The notes beneath the pieces are model-generated. The model was not told the DNA's origin. It searched no databases and saw nothing but the letters and a program-made list of their open reading frames with translations. The translations under genes and the position numbers were made by a program. From assembly GCA_963662665.2 (NCBI GenBank), contig CAXXJS010000037.1, positions 32,001 to 96,000 of the forward strand: a DNA stretch of 64,000 nucleotides, written 5' to 3'. This document shows positions 56,404 to 64,000 of this stretch, in pieces. The DNA is from Candidatus Latescibacterota bacterium (GTDB lineage Bacteria; Latescibacterota; UBA2968; GCA-2709665). Every line of letters begins with the position of its first letter. Positions within the stretch are counted from its first letter, which is position 1.

Positions 56404-57000
56404 TTGACGGATTTTTCTCTTCAGATCCGCATGAATATCTCCGCCGGGGCGATTGGGAAGTTGCCCGACAACCCGTGTCCGGAGGGCTACTGTCTGCGTA
56501 CGCTGAGACCCGGTGACGTGGATCATCTGCCCGAACTAATGGTGTCGGCCGGCGTGGGATGGACCCCTTTCGACGCGCCGGGAATGGCGGAATACCTCGA
56601 GATGCCGGACCGGATCGACGGGTCGCACGTGGTAGAGGCCGGCGGGCAACTGACGGCGCTATGCTTCGCTACGCGTCGTGAGGACGTCGATCCGCCGTGG
56701 GGTCAACTCGACTACGTTTGCGTTCGTCCCGGCCACCGGGGCGCGGGACTCGGATTCAGGGTATGCGCCGCCGTTTTACAATATCAATATCGGCGCGGGT
56801 ATCCCGAATCCACGTTGACAACGCTCCGGGTGACTCCCGACAATCTCCAACTCGCGGCTATCAAAACGTACCTCAGCCTCGGTTTCCTTCCTGTGAAGGC
56901 CGAGCGCAATCAGAAGGTCTGTGAGACGGTGTACCGGGCGCTCGGTTTGCCGCTGCCGGTTGGCTGGTGGCCGTTCGCGTCGCCTTTTCCGCCCGTCTGA
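56404..57000 (+). CDS. GNAT family acetyltransferase
   Basis: LRTLRPGD, DYVCVRPGHRGAGLG, AAIKTYLSLGF. Confidence 0.85.
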   Translation: MTDFSLQIRMNISAGAIGKLPDNPCPEGYCLRTLRPGDVDHLPELMVSAGVGWTPFDAPGMAEYLEMPDRIDGSHVVEAGGQLTALCFATRREDVDPPWGQLDYVCVRPGHRGAGLGFRVCAAVLQYQYRRGYPESTLTTLRVTPDNLQLAAIKTYLSLGFLPVKAERNQKVCETVYRALGLPLPVGWWPFASPFPPV

Positions 57001-57238
57001 CAGAGATACGTGGGCGATGTCCCGTCCCATAACGATTCACGCAACGTCACGCCTTTCCGGATCTGCAATCCGGTCAGGCGTTTTCTGTTGTTGGAAACTG
57101 CGTTTCCCGCATCACGCCCGCTGCATTACCAACCCTCTCATACATGAGGGAAGGGAACGGAAAACACGGCGTCTCAATCTAACAGAACAGCCGCCAAGAC
57201 TCTCAATCGTCGGACGCCGGGGGAAAACGGAGGCCCAT

Positions 57239-59671
57239 GTGAGACTAATTGTGTTTTTGGTTTTGTGCGTGTTGGCCGTGAATGTCAGCACACAGGTTCA
57301 TGGAAAGGGTACGGTCCGGGGAACCGTGCGCGATGCGACGAACGGTGAGACGTTACCGAACGCCAACGTTGTTGTCGACAGTTTGCGCATTGGCGTATCT
57401 ACGGACAAGACCGGCTATTTTGTCATCGGGAATCTGCCGCCGGGTTCGCACACGGTTACAGCCAGCTACATCGGATACGACAGTCGATCTCTCCCTGTCA
57501 CGATCGAGTCGGTTGAGACAAGGCGAATCGTCATTGAACTCGATCCCGTTGAATTGACGGGCGAAGCGATCGAGGTTATAGGCGATCCGGTTGCGCCGAC
57601 TGAAGTGACGCCGGTGAGCGCGTTCGGCACGCGCGTAACCGAACTGGCGCGCATTCCAACCGTGGGACAGCCCGATCTTCTGCGGGGCATTCAACTCCTC
57701 CCGGGCGTTCAGGCGGGGAGTGAGAATTCCGCGGGGTTGTACGTGCGGGGTGGCACGCCCGGACAGAATCTGATTCTGCTGGACGACGTGGTTGTATATG
57801 ACCCGAATCACCTGTTCGGGTTCTTCAGTACGTTCAATCCCGATGCATTGAAGGACGTGACACTGATCAAGGGGACGTTTCCCGCGCGGTACGGCGACCG
57901 CCTGTCGAGTGTGCTGGATATAACAAACCTGGACGGCAACCGGAAAGCTCTGGATGCGCGAGCTTCCATGGATCTGATCAGCGCGGGGCTGACGGTTGGC
58001 GGGCCGGTGGGCGATCGCGGGTCCTGGATGCTGTCGGGGCGACGTACGTATCAGGAGGTATTGGAATCGCCCCTTTTCAGTCACCTTGTTGACGAGATGT
58101 TCAGCACCCGAATCGGAACCATTGCCGCCAGCCCCGGCGCCGGCGGAGGTCCGGCCGGATTCGGGGGACGGTTGGGCGGGGGACGGTTCGGAGGGACGCG
58201 ATTCAATTTCCAGCAACAGACCGGCGACTTCGATCAGGACTACGGATTCTACGACGCGAATTTCAAGCTGAACCTGGATGCGTCTGAAAACGACCGGATT
58301 TCGATTAGCGGATACTTTGGCAGCGATGCACTCGATCTATCCCTGCCCTCGTTCCGGGAGCAGACCCGCGATCAACTCATGGATTGGGGCAATCAGATCG
58401 CGCGGTTCAAGTGGATGCGCATCCATACCGACAATCTTATTGGCAACGTGCAGATATCGGCAAGCCGGTACAGATCGAACTTCGACGTCGCCACCAATCA
58501 GAACGCAGATGGGAGCGGGCAGGGCGGTGAGGGCCGGCCGGGCCGTGGATTCGGACTGAATCGCAACAACGAGCTGAACGATCTGACGGCAAAGGCGACA
58601 TTGGACTTTTATTCCGGACCGTATCACACCACGCGAATGGGCGCCCAGCTTACGGCCTACGACGCATTCTACAGGCAGGGGGTGGGCGATTCCGTCCGTA
58701 CGGGAATCAATACCTCGTCGCTGTATCAGACGGGTTTCCTGGAGCACGCGATGCGCCTGGGTCGTCTTGAACTGACGCCGGGAATCCGCGTGAGTCACTT
58801 CAATAGCGGCAGCTACACCCGGTGGTCGCCTCGCGCGACGGGCCTGTTCCAGGTGGATGAGAGAGTCGCGTTCAAGGGGGGTTGGGGCATTTACCACCAG
58901 TTCGTCAACCTGATTTCAATAGAAGCCAACACGTATACGACGGATATGTGGCTGCCGGTGGATGAGACCCTCACACCCGGCAAAGCCGTACACAGCGCGT
59001 TCGGTCTCATGTTGACGCCCAGCGACGCGTGGCAGGTCGATCTGGAGTTTTACCAAAAGGGCCTGGAGGACCTCGTGGAGTTTCAGTCGCAGGTGCGTCT
59101 GGACGATTCAACCCCTCTCTCAGACCTGTTTGCAACCGGAACGGGTAAGTCCTACGGCGGTGAGGTCCTGCTTCGGAAGACGGAAGGGCGTTTGACGGGA
59201 TGGATTGGATATACGTTGAGCAAGACGGAACACACCTTTCCAGAATTGAACCAGGGCGACCCGTTTCCGCCGAAGTACGATCGGCGTCATGACGTGTCCC
59301 TGGTGACCGACCTTTACCTGGGCAAAGGCTGGAACCTGAACGCAAACTGGGTGTATGGTACGGGACAGGCATACACGATTCCGGAGGCGCGTTATGAGGT
59401 GCAGCAGCCCACGGGCCAGACCATTCCCTACGTCCATGTTTCGGAAAAGAACGCGTACCGCCTGCCGGCCTATCATCGGATGGATCTGGGCGTCACGCGC
59501 GCGCTGAATCTGGGCGGCGTGGAAGGGAAACTGGTATTCAGCGTATTCAACGTCTACAACCGGCGTAACGTATGGTACCGCTCGTTTGACGCGACCGAGC
59601 CGGAGATCCTGGTACAGGATGTGTTATTGCAGCCCATATTGCCGAGTGTCGGTCTACGATTCAATATGTAA
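57239..59671 (+). CDS. TonB-dependent receptor with N-terminal carboxypeptidase-regulatory-like domain
   Basis: GTVRDATNGETLP, LLPGVQ..GLYVRGG..QNLILLD, YGDRLSSVLD, YDRRH, LPAYHRMD, FNVYNRRN; GTG start after GGAGG. Confidence 0.92.
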   Translation: MRLIVFLVLCVLAVNVSTQVHGKGTVRGTVRDATNGETLPNANVVVDSLRIGVSTDKTGYFVIGNLPPGSHTVTASYIGYDSRSLPVTIESVETRRIVIELDPVELTGEAIEVIGDPVAPTEVTPVSAFGTRVTELARIPTVGQPDLLRGIQLLPGVQAGSENSAGLYVRGGTPGQNLILLDDVVVYDPNHLFGFFSTFNPDALKDVTLIKGTFPARYGDRLSSVLDITNLDGNRKALDARASMDLISAGLTVGGPVGDRGSWMLSGRRTYQEVLESPLFSHLVDEMFSTRIGTIAASPGAGGGPAGFGGRLGGGRFGGTRFNFQQQTGDFDQDYGFYDANFKLNLDASENDRISISGYFGSDALDLSLPSFREQTRDQLMDWGNQIARFKWMRIHTDNLIGNVQISASRYRSNFDVATNQNADGSGQGGEGRPGRGFGLNRNNELNDLTAKATLDFYSGPYHTTRMGAQLTAYDAFYRQGVGDSVRTGINTSSLYQTGFLEHAMRLGRLELTPGIRVSHFNSGSYTRWSPRATGLFQVDERVAFKGGWGIYHQFVNLISIEANTYTTDMWLPVDETLTPGKAVHSAFGLMLTPSDAWQVDLEFYQKGLEDLVEFQSQVRLDDSTPLSDLFATGTGKSYGGEVLLRKTEGRLTGWIGYTLSKTEHTFPELNQGDPFPPKYDRRHDVSLVTDLYLGKGWNLNANWVYGTGQAYTIPEARYEVQQPTGQTIPYVHVSEKNAYRLPAYHRMDLGVTRALNLGGVEGKLVFSVFNVYNRRNVWYRSFDATEPEILVQDVLLQPILPSVGLRFNM

Positions 59672-59694
59672 GACTGCCGGCGGAGGAATTCCAC

Positions 59695-60531
59695 ATGATC
59701 AAATTGCGATTGATTCAATGTCTGGCCATTGTTATTGGGTCCGGTGCGTGCAGTACGGCGCCGACGGAGTCGCTGGGAGAGTTTCGTGAGACGGTTCTCA
59801 TCGAAGGTTATCTTCAAGCGGGAAGCAGCGTCTCCGGATTATTCGTGGGCACCACGATGCCGCTTTCGAGCGAATACGATCGTGACGCCAGCGCGCTTTC
59901 CGATGCAAACGTTGCGATAACGGTGGATGGTGCGACGCATTTACTATCTCCGGTGGCGGACAAGCCCGGTACGTACCATCAACCGGACCTGATCGTCGAA
60001 TCCGGCAAGACATACCATCTGTCGGTTACGACAGGATTGGGGACGGTGACCGCGCAGACATCCGTTCCGCACCCGCCCCGGGCTTTGGGGCCGCCCGCGT
60101 TGTATATCGGCGGTGATCCGTATCGGGTGACGTGGGAGGGCGAGACAAACGGCGGTTACGTTACCTCCAGGCAGGTCGTGGAACTTCTGGAGCGAATTCC
60201 GCCGGAGAACCAGTTCGGCGGCGGGCGATTTGGCGGCGGCTTTGGCGGGACGATTGACACCACTGGATTTGGCGCGCTTAGGGACAGCATCGCACGGGCG
60301 GACCAGTGGCGGTTCCTGCAAGGGCAATCCCAGACCCTGAATCCCATTCAGTTTTCATATTATGGAACCTACTCGCTTCTTGTCTTTGCCCTCGACGAGA
60401 ACTACGGGGATTTTCTGATCTCGAGCCAGCAGGATGAGGCAACCCTGGACGAGCCCCGATTTCACGTGAAGGGCGGAATCGGGGTGTTTGCTTCCATGGC
60501 CGCGGATTCCGTCGAGTTCAAGGTGGAATGA
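59695..60531 (+). CDS. DUF4249-like lipoprotein partner of the TonB receptor
   Basis: Lipobox-like GAC, VLIEGYL, YHLSV..TAQTSVP, HVKGGIGVF. Confidence 0.75.
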   Translation: MIKLRLIQCLAIVIGSGACSTAPTESLGEFRETVLIEGYLQAGSSVSGLFVGTTMPLSSEYDRDASALSDANVAITVDGATHLLSPVADKPGTYHQPDLIVESGKTYHLSVTTGLGTVTAQTSVPHPPRALGPPALYIGGDPYRVTWEGETNGGYVTSRQVVELLERIPPENQFGGGRFGGGFGGTIDTTGFGALRDSIARADQWRFLQGQSQTLNPIQFSYYGTYSLLVFALDENYGDFLISSQQDEATLDEPRFHVKGGIGVFASMAADSVEFKVE

Positions 60532-60605
60532 CCCTGCGGGCGATCGTCAAGCCCTTGAGATTCCTTCAACGATCCACGCCGAGTAGCCCGGAAACGCCAC
60601 CCCGC

Positions 60606-60634
60606 TTGACAGGGACAGGCTGCCGGGCTATATT
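60606..60634 (+). promoter_or_regulatory. ssrA promoter
   Basis: TTGACA-17bp-TATATT. Confidence 0.75.
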
Positions 60635-60682
60635 TTCAACGGCTCGGGCGACCAGGCGGCCCGGGACAGAGCACTACCGTGT

Positions 60683-61042
60683 GGGGGCGACCTGGATTCG
60701 ACGGGGGTGGAGAGGCGATGGCTGCGTGTCGAGGTCCCATGTCCTCGTTAAACTGTGGGAACACTATATAATTGCGGACGATACGTACGCAATGGCTGCG
60801 TAACTAAAACGCAGTCCGTTCTGACGGGCTTCGCCTGCAGGGCCCGACCGGAGCGCCGACTTATGCGGGCTGGCTCGTGGACCTCCGTTCGAGGGTCCGT
60901 GAGCGAGAGCTTATCGAACTGGCGCGTTGGCAACCCCGTTTACCGGGGCGCCCGCGCGTGAGATTCAAAAGGTAAACTACACACGTAGACGCTGTCGTTG
61001 ATTTGCTTTCGGACGCGGGTTCGATTCCCGCCGCCTCCACCA
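60683..61042 (+). ncRNA. ssrA: tmRNA, tag peptide (A)ADDTYAMAA
   Basis: 5' GGGGGCGA..GGATTCGAC; acceptor stem with G3.U; T-arm GGGTTCGATTCCC and CCA end; tag ORF 60774-60803. Confidence 0.97.
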
Positions 61043-61367
61043 TATAATCCGCTCCATCAATTGCCTGCAAACTATCGATCAGATAGACAATAGAGGCTCC
61101 CGATTGATTCGCGCAAATTGCGAATCGTCTGCCGTACCAGGCAGAACCCCCCGAGTTGAGACGGGTAGCCGTCCAGCACACTCCCCCGCCCCGCCGCGCG
61201 AATCTCTACCAGACACGCTTACCTGTCGCAGTCTTGAATTTACGACTTCCGTACCGGGAAGACGCAGTTGGACTGCGGAAATCCGCATACCGCGGCAGCG
61301 AAACGCCGTCCCACGACTGGCAACTCGTTCGAGTGAGGAACAGCAAAGCCAGTACGGATACGATCTC

Positions 61368-62744
61368 ATGAGAACGCTCTTACCGAAGACGCCGCGGGTC
61401 ACCCGCGTCATTTTCTCGAGACGCGGGCGCAGCGACCTCCGCAGTCTGGGGGCTTTGCGGCGGCTTCGAACGTGTGGATGGGTGGTGCTGGCCCTCGCTA
61501 CCGTTAGCGGGTGCCGCACCGAGGAAAACGCGTCCGTAGCCACCACGTCCGAATGCGTGTCCTGCCATCGGGAAGTGACGCCAAGTATCGTCAAGGACTG
61601 GGAATTGAGCCAGCACAGGGTAAGGGGCGTGGACTGCGCGATGTGTCACGGATCCGGGCATCGTTCTGCAGAGGACGTCGCGCTTGTCAAGACCGCCACG
61701 CCCGAGGTCTGCGGGACCTGCCACCCGGTGCAGACCGACCAGTTCAAGGCAGGCAAGCACGCGTTGGCCTGGGCCAGCATGGTGGCCATGCCCACGACCC
61801 ACTGGCTACCCATGGCGCTTACCGGCGGCATGAAGGGCTGTGGAGGTTGCCATCAGGTCGGGATAAAGAGCGAGGAGGAGATTCGCCAGTTGAAGGATGA
61901 AGGCATCCGGTTTGGTCTGGCTTCCTGCGACGCCTGTCACACCAGGCACCTCTTCTCCGTCAAGGAAGCGCGAGAGCCTCAAGCTTGTCGAACCTGCCAT
62001 ATGGGAATGGACCATCCCCAGTGGGAGATGTATTCTTCGTCGAAGCACGGTGTCAGGCATGCCCTCAAACAGAGCGGAACGTTGCCCGCAGAAGCCGCGG
62101 CGCCAACCTGCCAGACGTGTCACATGCCCAAAGGGGACCACGAAGTGCGGACGGCCTGGGGGTTCCTCGCCGTCCGGCTGCCCTTGCCGGAGGACGAACA
62201 GTGGGCGGCCGACCGCGCGACCATTCTAACGGCCCTTGGCGTGTTGGACCCGCAGGGGAATCCAACGGCGCGGCTCGACGTTGTGAGGAAGGCCGACGTC
62301 GCCCGGCTCACCCAGGAGGACTGGCAACGGGAGAGGGACCGGATGGCCAGGATCTGTGAGCAGTGTCACTCTGCCAATCTCGTCAAGGCCGAGTTGAAGA
62401 AGGGCGACGAGATGATCCGCGAGTCGGACCGGCTGCTTGCCGAGGCCATTCGCATCATCGCAGGTTTGTACAGGGACGGGATCCTGCGCAAGCCGGGCCA
62501 CTACGCGTTCGACTATCCGGACCTGCTGGCATTCCATGACGCGCCAACGGTCATTGAACAGAGACTTTTCAAGATGCACCTGGAACACCGGATGAGGGCA
62601 TTTCAGGGGACGTTCCACAACAACCCCGATTACGCGCTCTGGTACGGCTGGAGCGAGATGCTTCAGGATCTGACCGAGATCAGGACGCTGGCGGAAGAGA
62701 TGCGCAGAAACCACCATCGGATGCCCCGGGACCCATACGAGTGA
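61368..62744 (+). CDS. Octaheme cytochrome c, hydroxylamine oxidoreductase (HAO) family (start uncertain)
   Basis: 8 CxxCH (CVSCH, CAMCH, CGTCH, CGGCH, CDACH, CRTCH, CQTCH, CEQCH); CHTRHLFS..EAREP..CHMG.DHPQWE.Y..SKHG; lipobox-like VSGC. Confidence 0.88.
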   Translation: MRTLLPKTPRVTRVIFSRRGRSDLRSLGALRRLRTCGWVVLALATVSGCRTEENASVATTSECVSCHREVTPSIVKDWELSQHRVRGVDCAMCHGSGHRSAEDVALVKTATPEVCGTCHPVQTDQFKAGKHALAWASMVAMPTTHWLPMALTGGMKGCGGCHQVGIKSEEEIRQLKDEGIRFGLASCDACHTRHLFSVKEAREPQACRTCHMGMDHPQWEMYSSSKHGVRHALKQSGTLPAEAAAPTCQTCHMPKGDHEVRTAWGFLAVRLPLPEDEQWAADRATILTALGVLDPQGNPTARLDVVRKADVARLTQEDWQRERDRMARICEQCHSANLVKAELKKGDEMIRESDRLLAEAIRIIAGLYRDGILRKPGHYAFDYPDLLAFHDAPTVIEQRLFKMHLEHRMRAFQGTFHNNPDYALWYGWSEMLQDLTEIRTLAEEMRRNHHRMPRDPYE

Positions 62745-63358
62745 CCGATTTCGCCATCATCCTGAGTATCCTGGCTCTCGCAACCCTCGGCGTGATCGGC
62801 TTTCTCGTTCGACGTCCCGGATTGACGTCCAATCTGGGGGGAAAGGTCCTCGCGTTCCTCGCGCTTTGCCTCCTGCCGGGGCTCCTGTTGCTTGGGGGCG
62901 CCGACCGCCATTACGAGCAGGCCAAGACGACGACGTTCTGTGTTTCCTGTCACGTGATCGAGCCCTACGCCGAAAGTCTCCTGATAGACCATCCGCGCTT
63001 CGTTCCCGCGGCGCATTTTCAGAACAGGCGGATACCCGCCGAACGGGCATGTTATACCTGCCACACCAACTACACGATGTTCGGCGACGTGGATGACAAG
63101 ATCAGAGGCGTGCGGCACGTATGGCACGCCGTGTTGGGTACAGGGTCCGACCCGGTCAGGATCTACAGTCCGTTCAAGAATCTCGCCTGTCTGACGTGCC
63201 ACAACGGCGCCCGCTCCTACGAGGAGCATGTTGCCCATATCCCGTTCCTGAAGCAAATGACGGAAGGCAAGACGTCATGCCTGATGTGCCACAACCTGAT
63301 TCACGAGGTCGACAAACTGGACCGGTTCCCAAGGTGGGATCCGGTGTCGGCACGATGA
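62741..63358 (+). CDS. NapC/NirT-family membrane-anchored tetraheme cytochrome c
   Basis: N-terminal TM helices, TTFCVSCH, CYTCH, CLTCH, CLMCH; GTGA overlap. Confidence 0.85.
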   Translation: MTDFAIILSILALATLGVIGFLVRRPGLTSNLGGKVLAFLALCLLPGLLLLGGADRHYEQAKTTTFCVSCHVIEPYAESLLIDHPRFVPAAHFQNRRIPAERACYTCHTNYTMFGDVDDKIRGVRHVWHAVLGTGSDPVRIYSPFKNLACLTCHNGARSYEEHVAHIPFLKQMTEGKTSCLMCHNLIHEVDKLDRFPRWDPVSAR

Positions 63359-63609
63359 GCCGGCTTCGGATACCGGGCTTGCGGGCCGGATTCGAGGGAC
63401 GCCTGCAGGTGTCGGGGCTCCTGATCGCTACGGGTCTGGTTGTAGAACTCGTCACGCTGTTCTGGAACCATCCGGTTTCGCTGTTCCTTTTCCTGTTCCC
63501 GGGATCGGTTCTGTTGGGCGCCGGCATACTGCTTTTCCTGTGGTCGGTCGTAACTAGGACCGAGGGTACGCGTTCGAAGGAATCCAGCCGAAAGCAAGAC
63601 GCGCGTTGA
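63355..63609 (+). CDS. Small 2-TM membrane protein
   Basis: ATGA overlap with the NapC-like gene; two hydrophobic helices. Confidence 0.7.
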   Translation: MSRLRIPGLRAGFEGRLQVSGLLIATGLVVELVTLFWNHPVSLFLFLFPGSVLLGAGILLFLWSVVTRTEGTRSKESSRKQDAR

Positions 63610-63749
63610 CCGAAGGGACGATGGGGTTCGATTCCCGCCGCCTCAGACAGAGCTATCAGCTATAAGCTTTCAGTTGTCAGCTAAAACCGATTGGCGATAT
63701 GGCCAGGCGAGATCAATTGCCGATAACAACGCCATTATGTGGGCGACTC

Positions 63750-63838
63750 TGAGAGTTCCCCCTTCCTCTCAGGAAGGGGGGTAGGTCTCGCAGGTGTTGC
63801 CAGAGCTGTTTTTCTTCTTCTGTCATCTGATATCGCAT
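63750..63838 (-). pseudogene. DUF559-like endonuclease remnant fused to a REP hairpin
   Basis: MRYQMTEEEKQLWQHLR resembles the DUF559 N-terminus and runs directly into a CCCCTTCC..GGAAGGGG hairpin. Confidence 0.45.
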
Positions 63839-64000
63839 ACCCGGAGGAATTATTCTGATGCATTTCAAAGCCGTTATTGGACAGGTGTGATATAAAGTAA
63901 TTCCTTTAATTCGCAAAATTTGTGAAAATTCCGCATTATATTATATCAAAATCCCCTTGAAGTTTCGAACTCTCGTCAGTATACTATATTTACAGAATTT

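Larger units (their letters stand above)
61017..63644. mobile_element. Small genomic island at the ssrA 3' end bounded by 21-bp direct repeats
   Basis: GGGTTCGATTCCCGCCGCCTC at 61017-61037 and at 63624-63644; no integrase inside. Confidence 0.75.

Noticed and set aside
61100-61125. FNR-like box upstream of the octaheme operon
   Set aside because: TTGAT half-site only; the second half does not match ATCAA.
60528-61181. ORFs overlapping 60.5-61.2 kb
   Set aside because: They overlap tmRNA; only the tag ADDTYAMAA is meaningful.
63620-63650. tRNA-like T-arm as a separate tRNA gene
   Set aside because: No upstream cloverleaf and no CCA; it is the duplicated ssrA end.

Overview
A GC-rich bacterial chromosomal window of mostly housekeeping and metabolic genes: polA, gltA, glpK, ilvD, msrA, an LpxH-like hydrolase, a UbiD decarboxylase, a TRAP transporter, a TonB receptor with a DUF4249 partner, a sulfatase, two PhyH dioxygenases and tmRNA. 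It is interspersed with eukaryote-like repeat proteins (plant-type LRR, ankyrin, TPR, FG-GAP), cohesin/dockerin-like modules, toxin-antitoxin loci and several REP/MITE families. The gene mix suggests an FCB-type, possibly Latescibacterota-like and host-associated, organism; this is inference only. The most interesting items are: (1) a translationally coupled pair of P-loop ATPases, one STAND-like with wHTH and 43-aa TPR repeats and no effector domain, under an operator-overlapped promoter; (2) a non-cellulolytic cohesin-dockerin cluster carrying orphan Cache sensors and plant-like LRRs; (3) a 2.6-kb integrase-less island at ssrA, bounded by a 21-bp duplication and carrying an octaheme HAO-family cytochrome plus a NapC/NirT protein; (4) an amber-interrupted NYN RNase with a divergent candidate small RNA; (5) a 166-bp TA-flanked MITE that has split a TAATG coupled stop/start; and (6) several unassigned structured non-coding regions. 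All family calls come from reading motifs by eye; no database searches or folding programs were run.
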